NCBI GenBank assembly: GCA_040389445.1
Contig: JAZJZX010000014.1
Location: 37,287-101,286 of the forward strand
Direction: 5' to 3'
DNA from: Chloroflexota bacterium
GTDB taxonomy: Bacteria; Chloroflexota; Limnocylindria; Limnocylindrales; CSP1-4
DNA: 64,000 bases
Position numbers and translations under genes: made by a program. The first letter of the stretch is position 1. Each line of letters starts with the position of its first letter. Below are positions 49,254 through 59,268 of this stretch, in pieces. The notes under the pieces are model-generated. The model was not told the origin of the DNA. It did not search any database and worked only from the letters and a program-made list of their open reading frames with translations.

Positions 49254-49898
49254 ATGACCATTTCGGTGCCCCGGCTGGACCGCTCGGCGGTCGGCGAGCG
49301 CGGAATCACGATTGCCGACTTCCTGGTTCCCATCCGCGTCTCGGAAGGCATCGGCGTGCGCCTTCGACACCTGGCGCTGATCCTCCTCGGGACGCTCCTG
49401 ATCGCCGGGGCCGCCCAGGTGCGCTTCTTCATCCCGGGCAATCCCGTTCCCTTCACGGGGCAGACCTTCGCGGTGCTCCTGGCCGGCGGTGCCCTGGGCT
49501 TCCGTCGGGGGATCGCGGCCACGGGTCTGTATCTGCTGCTCGGCCTCGTCGGGTTGCCGGTCTTTGCGAACGCCCAGCACGGCTGGCAGATCGTTTCGGG
49601 GGCAACGGGCGGCTACCTCGTCGGGTTCATCCTGGCCGGGGCGGTCGTCGGTCGACTCGCCGAACTCGGCTGGGATCGCAACCTCCGCGGGGCGGTCGGC
49701 GCGATGCTGATCGGCGACGTCGCGATCTTCGCGATCGGCGTTCCGTGGCTCGCGCTCAGCACCGGCCAGCCGCTCGACTGGGCCGTGGCGAATGGGTTGA
49801 CGCCGTTCGTCGGTGTCGAGACGCTGAAGCTCGCGCTCGCCGCGGCCGCGTTTCCAGCGGCCTGGTGGATCGTCGGGCGGCGACCCGGGGACCGCTGA
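49254..49898 (+). CDS. bioY: Biotin transporter BioY
   Basis: PVPFTGQTFAV, GLVGLPVFA, TGGYLVGF. Confidence 0.92.
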   Translation: MTISVPRLDRSAVGERGITIADFLVPIRVSEGIGVRLRHLALILLGTLLIAGAAQVRFFIPGNPVPFTGQTFAVLLAGGALGFRRGIAATGLYLLLGLVGLPVFANAQHGWQIVSGATGGYLVGFILAGAVVGRLAELGWDRNLRGAVGAMLIGDVAIFAIGVPWLALSTGQPLDWAVANGLTPFVGVETLKLALAAAAFPAAWWIVGRRPGDR

Positions 49899-49905
49899 TC
49901 CCGGC

Positions 49906-51354
49906 TCAGTAGAGGGACGGGAACCGGGCTCGCAGGAGCGGTCCAAGATCGACGGCACTGCCGTCCGCCAGGGCCTTGAGGAGTGCCTCCGTTCCGCCGA
50001 TCCCAAACCGACGGTCGTCCAGGTAGCCGCGCATCGCGGCCCAGAACGCGGCGTTCCCCATGCGCCTCCGCACGTCGTCGAGGACGTTCCCGCCCTGGAT
50101 ATAGATCACCTCGTAGTAGCAGGCGGCCGAATACCGCGTGATGGCTCGATCGAGTGGGGAGTCGGCGCAGCGACTCGCCCGCAGGCTGCCGAGGACCGTC
50201 CTGGCCAGGAGGTCGGCGGCCGCCTCATCCGCGAACGGCTCGCCCTGCTGGTCGTTGCCGACGAGCCCGTAGAACCACTGGTGTGCCGTCTCGTGATGCA
50301 CCAGGTAGGTGAGGTTCGCCCGGGCCGTCTGGCTCGGGATCCAGATCAGCCCGGGCGATTCCATGCCGTAGCCGCCGGCGGTCTCGGCGACCGTGAAGGC
50401 CTCCCACGGATACGCGACGCCGAGCCGGCCGGCAATCCCCTCGACGGCATGGACGGCCTGCGCCACGGCAGCGGCTCGATCCAGGCCGCCGGCCCGTGTG
50501 TAGACGCGAATCGGAATGCCGCCCGCATCCCCGGCGCTCTCGATGAAGTCGGGGGCCAGCACGATCGCGACATCGCGAACGTTCGCCACCTCGAACGCCG
50601 CCGTCAACCCGTTCACGCTCGGCTTCGAGCCGGGCGATGCGAGGACCATGGGAACGTCCGTCGTCACGCGCACGCGCACGCGCGGGCTCGATGAGGTGAC
50701 GAAGGGATCTCCGTGATTTGGGCGATCGAACGGGACGGGGCGACTGATCCACGGGATCCAGCGATACATCGCGATGGTGTCGCCGGCCCGGCTGAAGAGC
50801 CAGTCGGAACCCCGCAGGTCACCCTGAAGGGTTGCCGCGTAAGCCAGGCTCAGCTTGATGGACGCGCCTTCCGGCAGCAGGCCCCCCAGCGGTACGCTGA
50901 TGGTCTGGTCGTCCACCCCCGGTTGGACCGCCCGGCCGTCCACGGTCGTGCTGCGCAGCTTCATGTCTCCGAGCCGGGCGGCCACGGTGTTCAGCTCGAC
51001 GCGATCGATGGGTCCGCCCGAAACGTTGCGCAGGTCCATCACGACGCTCACCGAGACCGCGCCGGTCCCGACCGCGACCGCGAGGTCGACCTCGTAGGTC
51101 GCCTCGATGTCCATGCTCGCCCGGCCGACCGAGCCGGGCAGGATGGCCGACCCGGGCGAGGGGCTCACCGCCGCCGGCGATGGCGCCGGGGATGGCGCCG
51201 GGGATGCCGTCGGCCGGGGCGTTGGAGCCTGGGATCGGGCAGCCGACGATGGCCCGGGAGGCGACGGCGAGACGACGGGCAACGCCGGCGCCGGAGCGCA
51301 CGCGCCCACCAGGAACACGAGGGTGACCAGGATCGTGACGGCGTGGCTGGTCAT
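49906..51354 (-). CDS. M1-family (gluzincin) aminopeptidase lipoprotein
   Basis: Lipobox LVGAC; GYGMES; HETAHQWFYGLVGND; DE; Y..G. Confidence 0.85.
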   Translation of the reverse strand: MTSHAVTILVTLVFLVGACAPAPALPVVSPSPPGPSSAARSQAPTPRPTASPAPSPAPSPAAVSPSPGSAILPGSVGRASMDIEATYEVDLAVAVGTGAVSVSVVMDLRNVSGGPIDRVELNTVAARLGDMKLRSTTVDGRAVQPGVDDQTISVPLGGLLPEGASIKLSLAYAATLQGDLRGSDWLFSRAGDTIAMYRWIPWISRPVPFDRPNHGDPFVTSSSPRVRVRVTTDVPMVLASPGSKPSVNGLTAAFEVANVRDVAIVLAPDFIESAGDAGGIPIRVYTRAGGLDRAAAVAQAVHAVEGIAGRLGVAYPWEAFTVAETAGGYGMESPGLIWIPSQTARANLTYLVHHETAHQWFYGLVGNDQQGEPFADEAAADLLARTVLGSLRASRCADSPLDRAITRYSAACYYEVIYIQGGNVLDDVRRRMGNAAFWAAMRGYLDDRRFGIGGTEALLKALADGSAVDLGPLLRARFPSLY

Positions 51355-51425
51355 GGGTGAGATCGTAGGACGCCGCGCGCTTCGGCTTCGTGACCCCGGT
51401 GACGAGGCGCGGCTACCATCGCAGG

Positions 51426-52823
<1,398 letters not shown>

Positions 52824-52983
52824 TTCCCCGGCCGCGTGGTTCGACCGATGCTCGAATCGGCCGACTGATCCGATTGCACGCCGCCGTCGCATGAACCCCT
52901 GCATCCGATCTGGGAGGAGTCGCGACGCCGCGGATCGGAATCCAGCCCCGGCCACTCAGACGAAAGGGAAATGGATCCCCGCC

Positions 52984-54051
52984 ATGCGCAAGACCACCAA
53001 ATTCGCCACGCTGGGGGCCGCCATCACGGTCCTCACCATCGGCGCGGCGCCGCTCCTCACGAGTGGTGCCGACCACATCGAGGCGCCACTCGCCGTGGCG
53101 AACCGCAGCCTCGACATCACCGATATCTACGCCTTCGACGCCAAGGGCTCGAAGAACACCGTGCTGGTCATCAACGTCAACCCACTGGCCGGAGTCCTGT
53201 CCGGCACCACCTTCTCGTCGTCCGGCGAATATCGCTTCAACGTCGACACGAATGGCGACTTCGTCGCCGACGATGTCTACGCCGTCAAGTTCGGCAAGGA
53301 ACGCCACGGCACGCAGAAGGTCACGCTTCGCAAGAATGGCGAAACCGTTCTTCGCGGCGAGACGGGCGGTACGATCAAGGGCGGGCACGCCAAGCTGTAC
53401 GCCGGCGTGAAGGACGACCCGTTCTTCTTCGACCTTGCCAGCTTCAAGTCCTGGCGCGATCCGGATGCGGACGGCGCCTTCACCTACACGGGTTCGACGG
53501 CGTTCGCCGGCGTCGACTTCTTCCGCGGCACGAACATCTCGACGATCGTCCTCGAGATCCCCGACGCCTGGCTCGGTGCCAGCGCGAACTTCTGGGCCTC
53601 GACCGTCGACCGTGACGGCATGACCATCGATCGGATGGGCAAGCCCGCGCTCGCAACGGTGTTCGTCAATCCGTTCGGCGGCACGTCGGACAAGGATGCC
53701 TACAACGCGACCATGCCATCGGACGACGTCGCCACCTGGGCTCCCCTGTTCATCGCCGTCGAGAGCGTGTTCTATCCCGAGGCCGGGGTCCCCGAAGCCA
53801 TCACCGGGCTCCTCCTGCCGGATGTCCTCCACCTCGACGTGGCGACACTCGGCAAGTCCACCGGCACCGGCTTCACCGGCGGGGCCGGCGGCATCCTCAA
53901 CGGGCGGACGCTCGCCGAGGACGTCATCGACCTCGAGCTGTATGTCGTCACGGGTGGACTCGCGGGCCACGCGATCCTGTCGACCGACGGGGTCGCAGCC
54001 AACGATGCCGCGTTCCCGGGCACGTTCCCGTACCTGGCCCCAAAGCACTAG
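52984..54051 (+). CDS. Secreted DUF4331-like protein
   Basis: Signal peptide then ADH.EAP, DITDIYAF, DDPFFFD, DRMGKP, NGR.L.EDVID, FPYLA. Confidence 0.82.
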   Translation: MRKTTKFATLGAAITVLTIGAAPLLTSGADHIEAPLAVANRSLDITDIYAFDAKGSKNTVLVINVNPLAGVLSGTTFSSSGEYRFNVDTNGDFVADDVYAVKFGKERHGTQKVTLRKNGETVLRGETGGTIKGGHAKLYAGVKDDPFFFDLASFKSWRDPDADGAFTYTGSTAFAGVDFFRGTNISTIVLEIPDAWLGASANFWASTVDRDGMTIDRMGKPALATVFVNPFGGTSDKDAYNATMPSDDVATWAPLFIAVESVFYPEAGVPEAITGLLLPDVLHLDVATLGKSTGTGFTGGAGGILNGRTLAEDVIDLELYVVTGGLAGHAILSTDGVAANDAAFPGTFPYLAPKH

Positions 54052-54069
54052 GCCAGGTGCCGGGGGGTC

Positions 54070-54098
54070 GGTGGGCCGCTCTGGGGGAGCGGCCCACC
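54070..54098 (+). terminator. Strong intergenic hairpin
   Basis: ggtgggccgctc...gagcggcccacc. Confidence 0.55.
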
Positions 54099-54148
54099 GG
54101 CTTCCTCTCGATCCTCATCCAACCGACGCACCACAACGAGGAGGACCT

Positions 54149-55639
54149 GTGACCGCGAACAGCCGGACCCAGCCAGTGATGACCGCCGTCCGAGGGCGGC
54201 GCTCGCCGCGCGTGATCGGTCTGCTGGCGGCGGCTCTGCTCGTTGCCGGCGGTTCCTACCTCGGCCCCGCGATCGTCGGCAGGTTCAACGGGGGCGGCGA
54301 CGGTTCGACCGACGCCCCGCGTGTCGTCCTCTCGGGTCCGGGCGCCGCCGCGACTCCCGTCGACGGGACGTCCGGGGACGGTCGGCTCCCGCTCGCGGAG
54401 CGGATCGCTTTCTGGTCGACGCGGGTGCAGGAGCAGCCGTCGGACTATCTGTCCCTCGTCCAGCTTGCCGTGGCCTGGAGTGAGCAGGGTCGACTTCGGT
54501 TGGACCTTGACGCCCTGACGCGAGCTTCCCAGGCGGTCGAACGAGCGCTCGCGATCGCCCCCGCGTATCCATCCGCGATCGCCGTTCGCGCCTCGATCCG
54601 GTTCACGACCCACGACTTCAGCGGAGCCGAAGCGGACGCGAGGACCGTGCTCCGGACGACGCCGGACGACCCCGCCGCCCTCGCGGTCCTCGGCGACTCC
54701 CTGCTCGAGCTCGGGCGGATCGACGAGGCCTCGGCGACGTATGAGCAACTCGGTGCCCTCGCCGGGGGGCCGGCGCTCGACATCCGGAAGGCGCGCCTTG
54801 CCTTCGTGCGCGGCAACGGGGCCGCAGCGCTCGACCTGGCCAGGAAGGCGCTCATCAGCGCCTCCGGCGGCGGCGCGGCGAATGCGGAGATCATCGACCC
54901 GGCCGTCCTCGGGTTCTACCACTTCGCGCTCGGCGAATACGCCCGGTTGACGGGCACCGCGGACCTTGCCGAGGCCGAGTTCCGGGCCGCGATCGAGTTG
55001 CGGCCGACGGATCTCGGCGCGCTCCTGGGGCTCGCCCGGGTCCAGGCCTTTGACGGCGACCTCGATGCCGCGATCACGTCACTCGAGTCGGCGGCTGCGA
55101 TTGCGCCCACACCGGAGGCGGAGGCGATGCTCGGGGACCTCCAGCTCGCGCGAGCCGCGAGCGCCGGCCGCTCCCCGGAGGCTCGCGCCGCCGACCGGCT
55201 GGCGGCCGAAACGGCCTACGGTACGGTACGGCTGACGCGCACCCTCTCCGCACTTGCCGGGGCTGTGTTCGATCGCCAGCTCATCCTGTTCGACCTTGAC
55301 CATGGAGCCGCGGATGACCGGACGCTCGATGCCGCCCGCGCGGCGTTCGTGGTTCGACCGGACGCTGCCGGCCGGGATCTGGTCGCCTGGGCCTTGCATC
55401 GCCTTGGCCGCGACGAGGAAGCCGCAGCCGAGAGCCGGGCGGCGAGGGCCACCGGGGCGGCCGATGCCCGCACGCTGTTCCACGCCGGGGCGATCGCAGC
55501 GGCACTCGGCGATCGTGGTGAGGCCGGGCGCCTGATCGATGCCGCGCTGGCGCTGGGGCCCGGCCTGGACCCGATCGAGCGGGCCGAGGCCACACGGATC
55601 CGCGCCACCCTTGACTCGGGTTCGGCGTCGGCGCCCTGA
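54149..55639 (+). CDS. Membrane-anchored tetratricopeptide repeat protein
   Basis: GAGGAGG RBS; N-terminal TM; TPR units (LGDSLLELGRIDEA, WALHRLGR..EA, FHAGAI). Confidence 0.85.
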   Translation: MTANSRTQPVMTAVRGRRSPRVIGLLAAALLVAGGSYLGPAIVGRFNGGGDGSTDAPRVVLSGPGAAATPVDGTSGDGRLPLAERIAFWSTRVQEQPSDYLSLVQLAVAWSEQGRLRLDLDALTRASQAVERALAIAPAYPSAIAVRASIRFTTHDFSGAEADARTVLRTTPDDPAALAVLGDSLLELGRIDEASATYEQLGALAGGPALDIRKARLAFVRGNGAAALDLARKALISASGGGAANAEIIDPAVLGFYHFALGEYARLTGTADLAEAEFRAAIELRPTDLGALLGLARVQAFDGDLDAAITSLESAAAIAPTPEAEAMLGDLQLARAASAGRSPEARAADRLAAETAYGTVRLTRTLSALAGAVFDRQLILFDLDHGAADDRTLDAARAAFVVRPDAAGRDLVAWALHRLGRDEEAAAESRAARATGAADARTLFHAGAIAAALGDRGEAGRLIDAALALGPGLDPIERAEATRIRATLDSGSASAP

Positions 55640-55690
55640 CCGCCGCCCGTCCCCGGGGCCGAAGGCCCGACGGATCCACTCCCGAAGTCG

Positions 55691-55762
55691 GTCGGGCAGC
55701 ACGCCCGAGCCCGAGTCGGGCAGCACGCCCGAGCCCGAGTCGCGCAGCACGCCCGAGCCCGA
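55691..55762. repeat. 24-bp tandem repeat, 3 copies
   Basis: gtcgggcagcacgcccgagcccga at 55691, 55715 and 55739. Confidence 0.9.
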
Positions 55763-55822
55763 ATTGAGGCACAATAGGCGGCCCCGCCACTGTGCGGCCA
55801 CCTCCGTGCCCAGGAGCTCCCA

Positions 55823-56026
55823 GTGAACGGACGCCCACTGTCCCTTACCCGCCCGTCCCTTCGGAACGGCGAGCCAGAGCCGCTCCGACACGTGATCGAC
55901 ACCTATGTCCACAAGGACCAGACGATCACCTGCGTGTGCGGGTGGCATGGCAGTTGCGCCGCGAACTCCACCGGCGGGTCCGACTGGACCGTGCACCTGA
56001 ACCAGTTCCGCACCAAGCGCAAGTAG
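55823..56026 (+). CDS. Small putative zinc-binding protein (67 aa)
   Basis: AGGAG RBS; H..CVCGW..W..H pattern; fills an intergenic gap. Confidence 0.55.
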   Translation: MNGRPLSLTRPSLRNGEPEPLRHVIDTYVHKDQTITCVCGWHGSCAANSTGGSDWTVHLNQFRTKRK

Positions 56027-56072
56027 GCGCCGCGGCGAGCTCGGCGCGCCCCCAACGGCGGCGCCGCAGCCG

Positions 56073-57509
56073 TCAGCCGCCGACGGTCAGCCCCGGGCCC
56101 TCGAGACTCCGCCCGCGGACCCATGCCGCCCGGACCATGTCCGGATGCGGCCGGAAGATCAACCGGCTGGCGATGTCGGCCGGATCCACGTCGATCGGTT
56201 CGTGCAGCGGCGCGCCCAGGTCTGCGTGACGGACCGGGGCGGTGAGACCGGCGTCGACGGCGATGAGGTCGGCGTCCTTGCCGGTCTCGATGGATCCGAT
56301 GCGCTCGTCCAGCCCGAGTGCCTGTGCTCCGGCGAGGGTCCCCATGCGAACCCAGTCGAGCGGGCCGAGCTGCGCGCCCGTCTCGCCGAGCAGCGTCCGG
56401 CGTGCGTTCTGCGCGTAGGCCCCGACGCGCATGACCGAGAACATCGAGGGATCCGGACCACCGGCCACGTCGGATCCGAGGCCGATCCCGAGCCCCGCCG
56501 CCATGAAGCGTGCCAGAGGCATGACTCCCGACGCGAGGAAGAGGTTCGATGCCGGACAGTGCGCGACCCGGGTGTCGGTTTCCACCAGGCGCGCCAGCTC
56601 CCGGTCGGACAGGTGGACGGCATGGGCGAGGATCGTCTTCGGGCCCAGCCCGCCGGCCCGGTCGTACACGTCCGCGTAGTCGCGCGCCTCCGGGAACAGC
56701 CGGGCGACCTCGGCGATCTCGCCCGGATCCTCCGAGATGTGGGTCTGCCACCAGGCACCGGTTCGAGCGGCCAGATCCGCGGAGGCGCGCAGCATCGCTG
56801 CCGTGCACGAGACCGCGAAGCGCGGGGTCACCGCGTAGCCCAGTCTTCCATCCGCTGCAGCGTGCCAGCGGTTGCACAACTCCTCCGACTCGCGGAGCGA
56901 CTGGTCGAGGATCGTGGAGGGCTCGATCGCCTCGTCGTAGGTGATGCGATCCATCATCACCTTGCCGAGGATGGCTCGGATCCCGTGGGCCTCGGCAGCC
57001 CGGAAGGCCTCGTGCATCGAGGCCGCGTAGACGGCGCCGTAGGCCAGGACCGTCGTCGTGCCCACCGCGGCGAAGGCCCGGTATGCGGCCGGGGCCAGCG
57101 CCGCGGCGTCGCCTTCATCGGCAAAGTGCTGCTCGAGCGGAAAGATGTATCGGCGCAGCCATGCCAGGAGGTCCAGGCCGGCCCCGAGGCCCGCGTTCGG
57201 AAGCTGCGGCAGGTGCGCATGCAGGTCCACCATCCCCGGCATCACGACCAGCGGTCGGATGTCCAGGATCGGTCCGGTTCCCGGCGGGGAGGCTGCGCTT
57301 CCCGATGGGCGCCCGGTCTCGGCTCGCGCCGCGTACTCGGCCGCCGGACCGACCCACGCGATCCGTCCGGCCACGTCGACGACCACGATGCCGTCGCGGT
57401 GGTACCTGGTACCGCCGTCGGCGACAGGCGTCAGCACGCGTGCCCGCAGGGTGAAGGGCGGGTGGCTGGGCAGCGCCGGGTGCGGGGCCTGTTCCGGGGA
57501 CGCGGTCAC
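56073..57509 (-). CDS. guaD: Guanine deaminase
   Basis: PGMVDLHAHLPQ, LL.WL..YIFPLE, TPRFAVSC, QTHISE, HCPASN..LASG, GSDVAGG. Confidence 0.9.
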   Translation of the reverse strand: MTASPEQAPHPALPSHPPFTLRARVLTPVADGGTRYHRDGIVVVDVAGRIAWVGPAAEYAARAETGRPSGSAASPPGTGPILDIRPLVVMPGMVDLHAHLPQLPNAGLGAGLDLLAWLRRYIFPLEQHFADEGDAAALAPAAYRAFAAVGTTTVLAYGAVYAASMHEAFRAAEAHGIRAILGKVMMDRITYDEAIEPSTILDQSLRESEELCNRWHAAADGRLGYAVTPRFAVSCTAAMLRASADLAARTGAWWQTHISEDPGEIAEVARLFPEARDYADVYDRAGGLGPKTILAHAVHLSDRELARLVETDTRVAHCPASNLFLASGVMPLARFMAAGLGIGLGSDVAGGPDPSMFSVMRVGAYAQNARRTLLGETGAQLGPLDWVRMGTLAGAQALGLDERIGSIETGKDADLIAVDAGLTAPVRHADLGAPLHEPIDVDPADIASRLIFRPHPDMVRAAWVRGRSLEGPGLTVGG

Positions 57510-57567
57510 GGTGGGCGATGCTAGCACGCGGCCCGAACACATTCCGGGACCTGCGAAGATGCGTGCG

Positions 57568-59178
57568 ATGGAATCATTCGATCTCCTCATCACGGGCGGA
57601 ACCATCGTCGACGGGTCCGGCGCACCCGGCCGCGCCGGCGCCATCGGGGTTCGGGATGGGCGCCTGACGATCCTGAACGGCCAGGATGCGATCGCCGCCG
57701 CGTCGGCTCCGTCGACCCGGTCCATCGATGCGACGGGGAGGGTGGTCGCGCCCGGCTTCATCGACCTGCACAGCCATTCCGGTCTCACGATCCTGTCCGA
57801 GCCGCTTCACGAACCGAAGGTGCGGCAGGGCGTCACGACCGAGGTCATCGGCGTGGACGGCAACTCCTACGCACCGTTTGTGGAACCCGGCGACCTCGCT
57901 GCCTTCGTGGAACTCAATGCCGGACTCGATGGCCACCCCCCGAACGGGGTTCCCGACTGGGACACCGTCGCGAGCTACCTCGAGCGGTTCGACGGACGAG
58001 TCAGCGTCAACATCGCGTTTCTCGTCGGCAACGCTCCGCTGCGGATCGCCGCGGTCGGATGGGACGAGGGCGAGGCCAGCCGATCGGCGGTCGCGCGGAT
58101 GCGCTCGATGCTCCGGGAGGGGATGGAGGCCGGTGCGTTCGGCGTGTCGTCGGGCCTTGACTACCCGCCGGGTTCCTATGCCTCCACGGCCGAGCTCGCC
58201 GAGCTCGCCAACGAAGCCGGCCGACTCGGCGGGATCTACCACACCCACGTTCGCTATCCGCTGGGCGACCGGTTCCTGGATCCGTTTCGCGAGGCGATCG
58301 AGATCGGGCGGCGCGGCGAGGCGCCGGCTCACATCACCCACTTCTATCATCGGGCGACGTTTCCCGGCACGCCGGACCAGATGCTCGACCTCGTGGACGC
58401 TGCGCGAGCCCAGGGTCTCGACGTCACCTTCGATGCCTACCCCTACGAATGGGCGTCGACGCGCCTCCTGATCACGGTCCCGACCTGGGTCCAGGCCGGC
58501 GGCCCCGGCCCGACGAAGGAGCGGCTGTCCGATCCTGCCGTCCGGGCCCGGATCCGCGGGGAGCTCCAGGCACGCGGCGTCCTGTACGCGGGTGCCGGCG
58601 GGATCGCCGACGTCCGTCTCGGCTACTTCGGGCGCCCCGAGCACGCGCGATGGGAGGGCCGGACGCTCGGAGAGATCGGGCGGGAGACCGGCGACGACCT
58701 GGTGGAGCTGTTGTGCGACCTGCTGTTGTCCGAGGGCCTGCGGCTCAACCAGGTGACCCCGGGCCCGCACACGGACGGCATCCGGCGCTTCTACCAGCAT
58801 CCGGTGGCGATGATCGGGACGGATTCGACCTTCGTCGGCGCCAAACCCAGCCCGAGGACGTACGGTTCGTTCCCCCGGATTCTCGGCCAGTTCGTCCGGG
58901 ACGAAAGGATCCTCGGCCTCGAGGAGGCGGTCGCAAGGATGACCTCGATGCCGGCGGCGCGACTGGGGCTTCGGGATCGCGGACGGCTGGCCGACGGCTT
59001 CGTGGCCGACGTCGTGGTCTTCGATCCGGACCGCGTCCGCTCGCCCGCCACGTACGATGAGCCGTGCCAGTTCCCGGTCGGCATCGACGATGTCCTGGTG
59101 GCCGGCGTGCCCGTCGTCGCGGGTGGATCGCATACCGGGGCGACGCCGGGACGCGCGCTGCGGCGCGGTCGAGACTGA
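57568..59178 (+). CDS. N-acyl-D-amino-acid deacylase-like amidohydrolase
   Basis: PGFIDLHSH, QGVTT, GLDYPPG, YHTH, DAYPY, PRTYGSFPR, MTSMPA..LGL.DRG. Confidence 0.88.
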   Translation: MESFDLLITGGTIVDGSGAPGRAGAIGVRDGRLTILNGQDAIAAASAPSTRSIDATGRVVAPGFIDLHSHSGLTILSEPLHEPKVRQGVTTEVIGVDGNSYAPFVEPGDLAAFVELNAGLDGHPPNGVPDWDTVASYLERFDGRVSVNIAFLVGNAPLRIAAVGWDEGEASRSAVARMRSMLREGMEAGAFGVSSGLDYPPGSYASTAELAELANEAGRLGGIYHTHVRYPLGDRFLDPFREAIEIGRRGEAPAHITHFYHRATFPGTPDQMLDLVDAARAQGLDVTFDAYPYEWASTRLLITVPTWVQAGGPGPTKERLSDPAVRARIRGELQARGVLYAGAGGIADVRLGYFGRPEHARWEGRTLGEIGRETGDDLVELLCDLLLSEGLRLNQVTPGPHTDGIRRFYQHPVAMIGTDSTFVGAKPSPRTYGSFPRILGQFVRDERILGLEEAVARMTSMPAARLGLRDRGRLADGFVADVVVFDPDRVRSPATYDEPCQFPVGIDDVLVAGVPVVAGGSHTGATPGRALRRGRD

Positions 59179-59268
59179 GCCCGCGCGCACGCGGTCGAGG
59201 GCCCGGTCCGTGGTGATACGCTCTCGCGTCAGAGGGAGCAGTTCATTGCCGGAGGACCCCATCGTTCG

